NCBI GenBank assembly: GCA_033762915.1
Contig: JANRLD010000081.1
Span: 1 to 64,000, forward strand
Origin: Meiothermus sp.
GTDB lineage: Bacteria; Deinococcota; Deinococci; Deinococcales; Thermaceae
Direction: 5' to 3'
DNA length: 64,000 bases
Positions 50,080-59,608 of this stretch are shown here, one piece after another. How positions within the stretch are numbered: position 1 is the first letter of the stretch; the number at the start of each line of letters is the position of its first letter. Made by a program: the position numbers and the translations under genes. The notes under the pieces are model-generated. The model saw nothing but the letters and a program-made list of their open reading frames with translations, had not been told where the DNA came from and made no database searches.

Positions 50080-51560
50080 CTAGTCGTCGAACTTGGCCTC
50101 GGGCGGGCCCTGGAAGCGCTTCGACTCGCTCGCGAACCAGACCACCGCCAGCGCGATCGCCAAACCGATGATCAGATACCCCACCTTCTCGAAGGGGGGC
50201 CGCGCACCGATAAAGACCAGTACCGCCCCGCCCAGGATGGCCAGCACCGCCAGCGGCTTCGACCACGCGCCCAGGTTGAAGGGGCCTTTGTGCGTCCAGG
50301 TGGTGCCCTCGCGCAGCAGGCCAGCGGCGATGGGCATCAGGTAGGAGAGGTAGAGGAAGACCGCGCAGCCCGCGCTCAGCACCGCGAAGGCGGGGGCGTA
50401 GAGGGTCGAGATGTAGGAGAGCGCCGCGCCCAGCCAGATCGCCGCTACCGGCGTGCGGTACTCCACGTGTACCTGCTTGAGGGTGCTCGAGAAGGGCATC
50501 CCGCCGTCGCGGGAAAAAGCGAAGATCATACGGGAGCAGCTCGTCAGCCCGGCCAGCGCACACAGGTAGTTGGCCAGCACGATCCCGACGTAGAGCAAGT
50601 CCTTCAGGAAGTCAGGCATGGCCGAGCCGTTCATCAGCCAGGGGAAAACCCCCCAGCCCTGCTTGGCCCCCTCGTCCAGGCTGCTCATGGCCAGCACGAA
50701 GGCGCAGATCATCAGCCAGCCGAAGATCACCGAGTACAGCACCGAGTTAATCATGCCCTTGGGGGCGTTGACGGCGGCGTTCTTGGTCTCCTCCGAGGTG
50801 TGGGCCGAGGCGTCGAAGCCAGTGACGGTGTAGCAGACCAGAATCAGGCCGGTGAGGAAGGCAAGGAAGATGCTGTTCATCTGGGCGTACACGTCGCCGC
50901 CCGCCGCCCCGGTGTAGTTGGTGAAGGTGAAGAGCCTCGAGAAGTCCAGCGAGGGCGCGTAGGCCACCAGCGCCACCGTCAGCACGATCGCCACCGCGAA
51001 GATCAGGTAGCCGCTGAAGTCGGTTAGGCGGGTGGTGAGGCGAATGCCAAAGTGGTTGAAGAGGGCCTGAGATATGGTGATGAGCGCGACGATTAAGAAC
51101 TGATGGCCCAGCCCCCAGCTCGCCACGTTAGCTCCGAAAATGTTGCCCATGATCAGGTCGCGGAACAGCAGGTAGACCCCCACGTTCACCGACGAGACCA
51201 CGAAGATCAGGCCCAGCAGGTTGAACCAGGCCGCCGCCCAGCCCCAGAACCGCCCGCCCAGGAGCGAGGCCCAGTGGTAAATGCCCCCCGCCGTGGGGAA
51301 GGCCGAGGCGATCTGGGCCATGCTGGTGGCCACAATCAGGGCGAACAGGCCGCCCAGCAGCCAGCCCACCCCGATCGAGCCGCCGCCCGCCGCGCTAAAG
51401 CCCAGCGGGAAGGCGGTGATGCCCCAGCCAGGATGCAGATGATCGAGAACGAGATGGCGAAGTTGGAGAAGCCGCTCATGCGGCGGGCTAGCTCCTGCTT
51501 GTAGCCCATCTGCTGCAAGAGCTTCTCGTCCTTGTCGGTGCCCGGAACCTTCTGTGACAT
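50080..51560 (-). pseudogene. APC amino acid/polyamine permease, frameshifted (or homopolymer sequencing error)
   Basis: MSQK..GYKQELARRMSGFSNFAISFSIICILAG joins GITAF..SAFPTAGGIYHW only if the C4 run at 51422-51425 is C5. Confidence 0.85.
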
Positions 51561-51825
51561 AAACCCCTCCCCTGGTACAGCTGTGCGGATAAACGCCCAT
51601 CTTGGTGCATGTGCAGTATGAGATGAAGATTAGATAATGTATTGGGCTACAGTCTACCGGGGGACTACAGAAAAGGTAAAGGGGGTTGTGGCGGTTCACG
51701 AGGGAGGTTATGCCCCCCTGCAGCGGTTCCCAGCGGTTCCCCAGGGCTTCCATGGTTCAACTACCAGATGCCGCCCCCAAACGCCCGACAGGGAATCCCG
51801 CCAGGAACGCCACTGCTGCCCTCTG

Positions 51826-51935
51826 AGTATCTCCAAAGTTGAAAGGCAGGAACCCGCCCCGAAACACCCGTAGGGAATTGCGCCAGAAACGCGTTTTCGG
51901 CGTTCGCTGGTCTTGCAAATCGGCCCTGGCGCAAC
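51826..51935 (+). repeat. Dispersed palindromic repeat, module A (copy 4)
   Basis: 110 nt with 3 mismatches to the reverse complement of 61378-61487; followed by TTAG and a second CCCTGGCGCAA end at about 51953. Confidence 0.9.
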
Positions 51936-52133
51936 TTAGTCTTGCGGACTCACCCTGGCGCAAATTGGTGGCGGGCCTCGAGGATGACCCCGTGGCGACG
52001 CGGGTCGGCGAGACGATCCGCCGCTCGAGCAGCCTCAAGCCCTTGAGTATAGGAAGGCCGGGCCGCTTAACTACTGTGTAAGTGCCGCCCGCCTGCAGGG
52101 CGGCGGCAGTTTGTCCATCTACTCGGGTGCAAC

Positions 52134-52361
52134 TTAGCTGGCCTTGCGGCCCTCGCGCCAACGCACGAAGAGGTTGACCGCCAGGGCGAAGACCGCCGTG
52201 GGGCCGGCTATGGCGGCCGCGCCGTCGAAGAGGGTCTTCCAGCTGCCCTGCCCGGTGTCCAGCCAGTTCAAGCCGTAGAACGCCGAACACAGCCCGCTGA
52301 TCCCCAAGGCGATCAACACGCTGGCCCGCACCGACTGCTCCAAAATCCTGAACTCTGCCAC
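52134..52361 (-). CDS. Possible small two-TM membrane protein
   Basis: 75 aa with two hydrophobic segments; no family recognised. Confidence 0.4.
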   Translation of the reverse strand: MAEFRILEQSVRASVLIALGISGLCSAFYGLNWLDTGQGSWKTLFDGAAAIAGPTAVFALAVNLFVRWREGRKAS

Positions 52362-52533
52362 AATGACGCTCCCGTTTCACCTCGAGTATCGCCGAGCGCG
52401 ACCGGAGGGCCAGGGGTAAATAACCCTGTACTCGTTACGTGAGGTTGCCCAAAGCTCGCCCACGCCATACTCGGCCTCGAGCGCTACAGCGGGGCGGGCG
52501 CGGGTGCCACAACCCGGGTGTTAGGCTTGAGGC

Positions 52534-52896
52534 ATGGGCAGGGCGATCGGCTCGAGCTACGTCATCCGCCAGACCCCCGGCGGCGAGCGCCTCGGCGGGC
52601 TGAGGATCACCCTGACTGCTTCGGCCGAGAAGGGCGGAACCGTCGAGGCCGACCCCACCAGTTTCTTCGGCGGCGCTCGGCTCGAGGGCGAGGTCGAGTG
52701 GATCCTCGAGGCGGCCCGGCGGGGCGTCCACGACTACGCGGCCCAGCATGGCGTTGACCTGTCCGGCTTTCGGGTGGTGGTCAGCGAGATCGCCTTTCAC
52801 CCGGTGGACTCGAGCGAGCACATCTTCTACCAAGCCGCCCAGAGTGCGCTGAGGTCGGCGCTCGAGGCGTGGCACTTCAGCAAGTACGGGCCTTAG
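52534..52896 (+). CDS. Stand-alone EF-G domain IV-like protein
   Basis: RQTPGG..., AARRGV, GFRVVVSEIAFHPVDSSEHIFYQAA resembles EF-G KQSGG..DGSYH.VDSSE.AF; TAGGCT -10 before ATG. Confidence 0.7.
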   Translation: MGRAIGSSYVIRQTPGGERLGGLRITLTASAEKGGTVEADPTSFFGGARLEGEVEWILEAARRGVHDYAAQHGVDLSGFRVVVSEIAFHPVDSSEHIFYQAAQSALRSALEAWHFSKYGP

Positions 52897-52977
52897 CGCC
52901 ACCGTCCGGCATCCCCCGACCAGCGCCACCCGCCTGCGTTTAGTCGAGAAACCTCGAGGGCGTTTGTCGGTCTGTGC

Positions 52978-53006
52978 TTTACAAACGCATAACGGGTTTG
53001 TATATT
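52978..53006 (+). promoter_or_regulatory. Sigma-A type promoter upstream of alaS
   Basis: TTTACA, 17-nt spacer, TATATT. Confidence 0.7.
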
Positions 53007-53012
53007 CAACTC

Positions 53013-53099
53013 AGGATGCAAGTCCTCCGAGCTACCCAGTAACGGCCTCTTCCAAGGGAAGAGTGTCGTTAGGGTTTGCCTAGCGGAGGACTTTTTTTT
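53013..53099 (+). promoter_or_regulatory. Structured alaS leader (attenuator or small RNA candidate)
   Basis: AAGTCCTCCG (53020-29) pairs with CGGAGGACTT (53084-93) followed by T8; inner stem TAACGGC-CTCTTCC/GGAAGAG-GTCGTTA. Confidence 0.6.
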
Positions 53100-53133
53100 A
53101 TGCTTGACCAGTTTGACGTTTGAGAGGCCCATC

Positions 53134-56046
53134 ATGAAGACCGCTGAAATCCGCGAGAAGTACCTACAGTTCTTCCAGTCCAAGGGCCACCTGCGCCTCC
53201 CCAGCTTCAGCGTGATCCCCCAGGACGACCCCACGCTCCTGTTCATCAACGCCGGCATGACCCCACTCAAGGTGTTCTTCACCGGCAAGAAGCCGGTCTT
53301 CGCGGGGCACGAGGGCGAGTGGTACCGGGTTACCACCTGCCAGAAGAGCGTGCGGACGGGCGACATCGAGAACGTGGGGCGCACCAACCGCCACCAGACC
53401 GTTTTCGAGATGCTGGGCAACTTCAGCTTCGGCGACTACTTTAAGAAAGAGGCCATCGAGTGGGCCTGGGAGTTTTTGACCAGCACAGAGTGGCTGGGGC
53501 TGGATGGCAGCCGCCTCTACGTGACGATTTACAAGGACGACGACGAGGCCTTCGAGTACTGGACGAAGAACGTTGGCCTATCCGCCGACCGCATCCACCG
53601 CTTCGACGCCGACGAGAACTTCTGGCCCCAGAACGCCCCCAGCAAGGGGCCGAACGGGCCGTGCGGGCCGTGCTCCGAGATTTACTACGACCGCGGGCCA
53701 GATTTTGGAAGTGACACCTGGGCCGACTACTACGAGACCAGGGAATCCACCCGCTTTGTGGAGATTTGGAACCTGGTGTTCCCGCAGTACGACCGCAAGG
53801 ACGGCGGGGTTTTAGACCCACTCCCCAAGCCCAACATCGACACCGGCATGGGCTTAGCCCGCACCGCCATGCTGCTGCAAGGCGTGACCGACTTCTACGA
53901 CACCGACGAGTTCATCCCACTGATTGCCGAAATCGTGAAGGCCAGCGGTGTGAGCTACGAAGGGCCAAGCTCGGTGGCACACCGCGTGATTTCCGAACAC
54001 GCCCGCGCCGTGACCTTCATCCTCTCCGACGGGGCCAACTTCTCCAACACCGGGCGCGGCTACGTGGTGCGCCGCCTGATGCGCCGCGCCGTGCGCTTCA
54101 GCTACCTGCTGGGCCTGCGCGAGCCCTTCGTGTACAAGCTGGCCGCGACGGTGGCCGAGGTGATGGGCGACGTGTACCCGGAGACCAGGGAGAACCTGGC
54201 CAACGTCCAGAAGCAGATGAAGATTGAAGAAGAGCAGTTCTTGCGGACCCTCGAGAGCGGGATTGTTTTGCTAAATGACTATCTGGCGCAGGCAATGTTG
54301 AGAGCAGGTTTTGCCGCTAAGTACATCCCTGGTGACCGAATTTACCCTGTTAGATACGGTTTTGATCCATTAGTTGAGCAGGAAGTCCGCACACTATTTG
54401 GCTTTGATCATCGAAAACTGGATATGCACGAACAGGTCATAGTGACTAGCGGTTTCCATGCAATAGCAAAGCAGCTAAATCTTCAGTACAAAGAGGTTGC
54501 AGGTGCGGAGAGAGTGGGGGATTTCTCCGAGGTCAAGGGCAACTATCTTTTCGACGAGAAGCCCGTCTTGACTGGAAAAGAAGCTTTCAAACTCTACGAC
54601 ACCTACGGCTTTCCGCTCGACTTGACCCTCGAGATCGCCGACGAGCGCGGCATCAGGGTGGACACCGAAGGCTACGAGAAGGCCCTCGAGGAGGCCCAGG
54701 AACTGGCCCGTCAAAATCAGGCCTTCGACAAGGAACTGTTCAAGAAGTCCAACGAGGCACTGGTCGGGCTGGCGCAGGAGTACGGCGGCACCAACTTCCT
54801 CGGCTACGAAGACATGGACGTACAGGCCCAGGTCAAGCTGCTGGTGGTGGGCGAGCAGAGCCTCGAGGAAGCCCCCAGCGGAACCGAAGTGCAAGTTGTG
54901 TTGGACAAAACCCCCTTCTACGCCGAGGGCGGCGGACAGATTGGCGACACCGGGATGCTCGAGTGGGAGGGCGGCTGGGCGCAGGTACGCACCACCCAGA
55001 AGAACGCCGACGGCATCTTTTTGCACGTGGCCGAGGTGAAAGAGGGTACGCTCACGGCGGGAACCACCGTGCGGGCGCTGGTCGGCACAGAGCGCTCCGA
55101 GACCCAGAAGAACCACACCGCCACCCACCTGCTCCACGCCGCGCTGCGGGCGGTGCTGGGCACGCACGTACAGCAAAAAGGCTCCTACGTGGGGCCAGAC
55201 CGGCTACGCTTCGACTTTGCCCAGTTCGAGCCGATCTCGCCCAAAGACCTTGCCCGGGTTGAGCTGCTGGTCAACCGCTGGATTCAGGCCGATTTCCCCG
55301 TGAGCTACGCCCTGATGCCCATTGCGGAGGCGCGGGCTACGGGCGCGATGGCGCTGTTCGGCGAGAAGTACGGCGACGTGGTGCGGGTGGTTGCTGTCGA
55401 GGGCAGTGTGGACAACATCTCGAGCAAGGAACTCTGCGGCGGCTGCCACGTTGGCCGAACCGGGGAGATTGGTTCGCTGGTGATCGTGGCCGAGGAGTCG
55501 GTGGCGGCGGGGGTGCGGCGGGTGGAGGCCCTGACCGGCGTGGGGGCCACCCAGTTCGTGCGCGAGAGCCTCGAGCGCGTCTCCGGCCTCTCCCGCGACC
55601 TGGGTATCTCGCCCGAGCAACTCCCCGTGCGCGTCGGCAAGCTGCAAGACGAGCTGAAGGCGCGGGAGAAGGAAGTTGAGAAGCTCAAGGCCGACCTGGC
55701 TCGAGCCCAGTTGGGCGGCGGCTCGGCAGGCGTGGAAGTGAAAGAGTCGGGCGGCTACAAGTACCTGGCGGTGCGGCTGGAGGGCATCGAGGCCGGGGCC
55801 TTGCGCGGTGCGGCGGACGAGCTGCTCGAGAAGCACAAGCCCGACCTGGTGGCGGTGGGGTCGGGCCAGAATCTGGTCATCAAGATCGGTAAGAATGCCC
55901 AAGATAAGGGACTTGATGCCGGCGCAGTGATGCGCAAGCTCTCCGAGACCGCGGGCGGGCGCGGCGGCGGCAAGGGCGCAATGGCCCAGGGCGGCGGGTT
56001 TGATCTAGACAAGGCCATGGGGGCGCTCGAGGCCGCGCTGGGGTAG
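53134..56046 (+). CDS. alaS: Alanine--tRNA ligase with ~90-aa insertion
   Basis: DPTLLFINAGM, FEMLGNFSFGDYFK, IDTGMG, LYDTYGFP, TPFYAEGGGQIGD, HTATHLLH, ELCGGCH, GGGKGAMAQGG. Confidence 0.97.
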   Translation: MKTAEIREKYLQFFQSKGHLRLPSFSVIPQDDPTLLFINAGMTPLKVFFTGKKPVFAGHEGEWYRVTTCQKSVRTGDIENVGRTNRHQTVFEMLGNFSFGDYFKKEAIEWAWEFLTSTEWLGLDGSRLYVTIYKDDDEAFEYWTKNVGLSADRIHRFDADENFWPQNAPSKGPNGPCGPCSEIYYDRGPDFGSDTWADYYETRESTRFVEIWNLVFPQYDRKDGGVLDPLPKPNIDTGMGLARTAMLLQGVTDFYDTDEFIPLIAEIVKASGVSYEGPSSVAHRVISEHARAVTFILSDGANFSNTGRGYVVRRLMRRAVRFSYLLGLREPFVYKLAATVAEVMGDVYPETRENLANVQKQMKIEEEQFLRTLESGIVLLNDYLAQAMLRAGFAAKYIPGDRIYPVRYGFDPLVEQEVRTLFGFDHRKLDMHEQVIVTSGFHAIAKQLNLQYKEVAGAERVGDFSEVKGNYLFDEKPVLTGKEAFKLYDTYGFPLDLTLEIADERGIRVDTEGYEKALEEAQELARQNQAFDKELFKKSNEALVGLAQEYGGTNFLGYEDMDVQAQVKLLVVGEQSLEEAPSGTEVQVVLDKTPFYAEGGGQIGDTGMLEWEGGWAQVRTTQKNADGIFLHVAEVKEGTLTAGTTVRALVGTERSETQKNHTATHLLHAALRAVLGTHVQQKGSYVGPDRLRFDFAQFEPISPKDLARVELLVNRWIQADFPVSYALMPIAEARATGAMALFGEKYGDVVRVVAVEGSVDNISSKELCGGCHVGRTGEIGSLVIVAEESVAAGVRRVEALTGVGATQFVRESLERVSGLSRDLGISPEQLPVRVGKLQDELKAREKEVEKLKADLARAQLGGGSAGVEVKESGGYKYLAVRLEGIEAGALRGAADELLEKHKPDLVAVGSGQNLVIKIGKNAQDKGLDAGAVMRKLSETAGGRGGGKGAMAQGGGFDLDKAMGALEAALG

Positions 56047-56102
56047 GAACCAGAAACGCATTTGTCGCCCTCCCCCGCCCCGGCCTGCGCTACCATAGGA
56101 CC

Positions 56103-57104
56103 ATGCGCTTTCTGGGGTGGATGGTGGTGCTGCTGGCGGGCCTGGCGACGGCCCAGACTCCCAACGAGCGGGTCTTCCGGGGACATATCTTGGTGGAGCC
56201 GCAGGAACTCCCGATCCGGATGTACCTAAGGGTTAGCGGGCAGAGGGCGACGGGCTACTACGTCTACGAGGGGCGCGAGCAGCCGCTGCGCCTCGAGGGC
56301 ACCTTCGGCCCGTCCGGGCTTAAGCTCAAGGAGTTCGAGGGGAGCAAGCAGACCGGGGCGTTCGACGGCGGCTACACCGAGGCGGGGCTCGAGGGCGACT
56401 GGTACCGGCCCGATGGCAAGGTGGGTGGGCGCTTCAGCCTGGCCGAGCAGGATCACCGCTTCGGCGCCACCCAGCTCAGCACCGTGCGGCTGGCCGACCG
56501 AGGGGCCAACATCGCGGTGCTCTACCCGAGGTTCGTGGGCCAGGGCGCGGGCTGGGAGCGGATCAACGCCCAGACCGCCCAGGCCGCGCAGAGGAGCCTG
56601 AAGCTCTACCGCGAGGACTACCAGACCGCCGTAAGAGAGAACAACCTGTCCCAGTTCCGCTATTTCGACCTCGACTACACCTTGACACTGGGCACCGAGC
56701 GCCTGGTCAGCTTCACCCTCAGCGGCAGTGCCTGTGGCCCCGGCGGGTGTGCCTATCCTGGCAGTTGGATCGAGGGCCACACCTTTGACCCGCAGACCGG
56801 CAGCCGGGTACCGCTGAGCGCCTTGTTTAAGCCGGGTAGCCGCTATCTCGAGCGCCTTGTCACGCTGGGACGGCAGAAGGTGCGGGGGCAGCTGGAGGCC
56901 AACGGCGTACCCCCGGCAGACCTCCCCGGCATCCTGGAGAGGCTTGGCCTCGAGGGCCTGCAGTGGGCCCTGGGGCCGAAGGGGATCTGGCTCTACTTCA
57001 GCGTGCCGCACGTTTTGGGCGACTACCAGGGGGCCTTGCTCGAGTACACCGAGCTGCGCGACCTCTTGGCTGCCAGCGGCCCGATCAGGGCGGTGGTTCG
57101 GTAG
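56103..57104 (+). CDS. Secreted DUF3298/RsiV-like domain protein
   Basis: Signal peptide, beta-rich N-domain, IAVLYP..AYP..TFD.QTG.RV.LS.LFKPG pattern. Confidence 0.7.
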   Translation: MRFLGWMVVLLAGLATAQTPNERVFRGHILVEPQELPIRMYLRVSGQRATGYYVYEGREQPLRLEGTFGPSGLKLKEFEGSKQTGAFDGGYTEAGLEGDWYRPDGKVGGRFSLAEQDHRFGATQLSTVRLADRGANIAVLYPRFVGQGAGWERINAQTAQAAQRSLKLYREDYQTAVRENNLSQFRYFDLDYTLTLGTERLVSFTLSGSACGPGGCAYPGSWIEGHTFDPQTGSRVPLSALFKPGSRYLERLVTLGRQKVRGQLEANGVPPADLPGILERLGLEGLQWALGPKGIWLYFSVPHVLGDYQGALLEYTELRDLLAASGPIRAVVR

Positions 57105-57278
57105 GTTTGTTGCCTGCCCCAGATTTCCCTGGGGACTTTTGCCCCACAGTTAGTCCATCAGGTCTGCTCCCCCCGGCACGACCTCCCGAAGCAGCGCCGC
57201 CGACGGCCGCGCCCCCGGGGTGCCGGGCCGACCCGCGCCCGTCGCCGTAGACGCCTGGGAGCCTGCCGAGGGAGGCGT

Positions 57279-57851
57279 ATGAAGCCCATCTATGCGGTGC
57301 TGGGGTTGCTGTTGTGGGGCGGCTGGGGTCTGGCCCAGGGGGCCAGCGCCGCCGTCGGCGGCGCGGTGCGGGAGATCCTCGAGAAGCTCCAGCTTCAGTT
57401 GGTCTGCGCGGTTCCCGAGGTTCGGGAGCTCGAGGGCAGCCCGGACAAGGTGGCGCAGTCCCTGACCGAGGAGGTCGAGCGGCGCGGGTGGCAGGTTCTG
57501 AGCTACCGCCGCCTGAGCCTCATCTACGTCCTGGTCCTCGACCCCGATCCCTCCGACCCCAGCGCCTACGCCCTGGGTGGCTGGATGCAGAACGAGCGAC
57601 CCGATGCCTTCTACACCTTCCTCACCCGCTGCTACGGCGGCCCCAGCGACGAGCCCATCGGCCCGGTGGCCCGGGGATTTGACCGCAACTTTCGCATATC
57701 CAGCTCGACCCCGCAGCGGCATACTGAGGCCCATGCACCGCGTCTTCGAGCCCAAAATCATGTACTTCGGCACCCCAGTCGTATTGGTCAGCACCCTCAA
57801 CGAGGACGGCAGCCCCAACCTCGCCCCGATGTCCTCGGCCTGGTGGCTTAA
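57279..57851 (+). CDS. Secreted hypothetical protein (3' end uncertain)
   Basis: GGAGG RBS, signal peptide ending GLAQ; the last ~40 codons overlap the next gene. Confidence 0.55.
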   Translation: MKPIYAVLGLLLWGGWGLAQGASAAVGGAVREILEKLQLQLVCAVPEVRELEGSPDKVAQSLTEEVERRGWQVLSYRRLSLIYVLVLDPDPSDPSAYALGGWMQNERPDAFYTFLTRCYGGPSDEPIGPVARGFDRNFRISSSTPQRHTEAHAPRLRAQNHVLRHPSRIGQHPQRGRQPQPRPDVLGLVA

Positions 57852-58347
57852 CCAGTCCTGCATGCTGGGTCTCTCGACCCGCTCGAAGACCGTCGAGAAC
57901 CTGCGCCGCGAGGGTGAGTGTGTGCTCAACCTGCCCTCCGCCGACATGGTGGACACAGTGGACAAGCTCGCGTTGACCACTGGCTCCGACCCCGTGCCGG
58001 AGTACAAGAAGGCCATCGGCACCCGCTTCGTCAAGGACAAGTTTGGCGAAGCGGGTCTTACCCCCGTCGCGTCGGAACGGGTCAAGGCCCCCAGGGTGCT
58101 GGAGTGCCCGGTGCAGCTCGAGGCCAAGGTCGTCAACATTCACCCCTTCCAGGAGGGCGACTCCCAACTCGCGGGCATCGAGGTTCGCGTCGTCCGCGTC
58201 TACCTGGACGACGCAATCCTGAGCACCGAGCTACGGCACCACATAGACCCTGGCAAGTGGCGTCCGCTCATCATGAGCTTCTGCGAGTTCTACGGGCTGG
58301 GCGCAAACCTTCACCCCTCGAGGCTCGCCCAGGCGTTCGACGGCTGA
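57733..58347 (+). CDS. Flavin reductase-like (FMN-binding split barrel) protein
   Basis: YFGTPVVLVST, PNLAPMSS, TVENL, ECVLNLP, ECPVQLEA; CATACT before ATG. Confidence 0.9.
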   Translation: MHRVFEPKIMYFGTPVVLVSTLNEDGSPNLAPMSSAWWLNQSCMLGLSTRSKTVENLRREGECVLNLPSADMVDTVDKLALTTGSDPVPEYKKAIGTRFVKDKFGEAGLTPVASERVKAPRVLECPVQLEAKVVNIHPFQEGDSQLAGIEVRVVRVYLDDAILSTELRHHIDPGKWRPLIMSFCEFYGLGANLHPSRLAQAFDG

Positions 58348-58393
58348 GCGCCGATCCCCTGCGGCCCACCAAACCGGCGGGGGCAGGGCCGCC

Positions 58394-59608
58394 TCACCGC
58401 CCCAGCCCGACCCAGGCCTTCCCCTCCCACCGCGCCACGAAGATGCGGTGGGTTTTGCCAGCCATCTCGGCCCAGGCCACCACGGGGTTGCCCCCCTGGT
58501 CCAGGGCTAGCGAGAAGGACTCCACGTCGGCCTTGGGGTTGCGGTTGAGGACGGGAAGCCCCACCCACTGCACGCCGTCCCACCTCGCCACACGCATCTG
58601 GAGGGCCCCGCTGTTCTCGAGCCAGCCCACCACCGGGTTGTCCTGCGCGTCCATCCTGATCTGTGGGCGGTAGCCCAGGCCCGAGTCGCCGTTGACCGAG
58701 GCGCCGTAGCCCTGCCAGGAGGTGCCGTCCCAGCGCTGCACGAAGACGTTGAAGCCGCCGCCGGTCTCGTTATAGGCCACCATCGGGTTGCCCAGGGAGT
58801 CCAGGGCCAGGTGGCCCGAGCCCGCCCAGTTGTCACGGCTCTGGTTGAGCGAGCCCTCGCCGCGCTCGGAGCGGCCCTGGATGCCCATCGGCCGCCAATA
58901 GCTGCCGGCCCACGTACCCACGTAGAGCTGGAAGTTGTAGTAGCCCTCGCCGCTAAGGTAAAGCTGCTTGCTGTAGGCCAGGATCGGCTGGTCGCCGCGC
59001 AGGATGAAGGTGCGCGACCTCGAGCCCGAGCTGATGTCCACGTTCAGGGTCCCCCAGTCCACCGTGACCCACCTCGAGCCGTTCCAGCGGCTCATGTAGA
59101 AGAGGTCAGCGTTGAAGTCGGGCGGGATCTCGTGCCAGGCCACTACGGGGAGGCCCTTGGTGTCCAGGCGCAGGGTGGCGGTGTCGGAGACGGTGTTCTC
59201 CGACTTGCTGGGCGATGGGCCGACCTGCGCCCAGACCCGCCCGTCGAACTGCTTGACGTAGAGCTTGCCCGAGCCGAAGACCTTGCCGCGCTGGTCGGGA
59301 TTCTTCTCGGTGAAGGCCACCACCGGGTTGCCCGAGGCGTTCAGCGCCAGGGAGGTGTAGGCCGCTGGGAAGCGCGGGTTGACGTTCAAAAACCCGCCCA
59401 TATTCCCCCAGCCGCTCCCGCCCCAGCGCCGCACGAAGACCCGCTTGACCCCGTTCTGGGTCTCGAGCCAGGCCACCACCACCCGCCCCTGCGGGTCAAC
59501 CGCCAGCGAGGGCCGGGTCGCGTCGGCGTCTGGGTTGAGGTTGAGGACGGTGGGGCCAGCCAAGGCGAAGCTGAGCAGGAAGAGCAAGAGGATTAGGGCT
59601 GGCTTCAT
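58394..59608 (-). CDS. Secreted beta-propeller repeat protein
   Basis: Signal peptide and about 7 repeats of S.LALD..GNPVVAW.E...V.RWDG..W. Confidence 0.85.
   Translation of the reverse strand: MKPALILLLFLLSFALAGPTVLNLNPDADATRPSLAVDPQGRVVVAWLETQNGVKRVFVRRWGGSGWGNMGGFLNVNPRFPAAYTSLALNASGNPVVAFTEKNPDQRGKVFGSGKLYVKQFDGRVWAQVGPSPSKSENTVSDTATLRLDTKGLPVVAWHEIPPDFNADLFYMSRWNGSRWVTVDWGTLNVDISSGSRSRTFILRGDQPILAYSKQLYLSGEGYYNFQLYVGTWAGSYWRPMGIQGRSERGEGSLNQSRDNWAGSGHLALDSLGNPMVAYNETGGGFNVFVQRWDGTSWQGYGASVNGDSGLGYRPQIRMDAQDNPVVGWLENSGALQMRVARWDGVQWVGLPVLNRNPKADVESFSLALDQGGNPVVAWAEMAGKTHRIFVARWEGKAWVGLGR

Noticed and set aside
51430..51753. N-terminal 100 aa of the 557-aa ORF 50080-51753
   Set aside because: The true permease N-terminus is in another frame starting at 51560; the extension results from the frameshift
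53013..53099. T-box riboswitch or tRNA gene upstream of alaS
   Set aside because: Too short for a T-box, with no antiterminator consensus; GGATGCAAGTCC only loosely resembles a T-arm and no cloverleaf can be drawn
54262..54564. Intein or self-splicing intron in alaS
   Set aside because: No Cys/Ser start with His-Asn end, no LAGLIDADG motif, no group I/II intron hallmarks; the frame stays open
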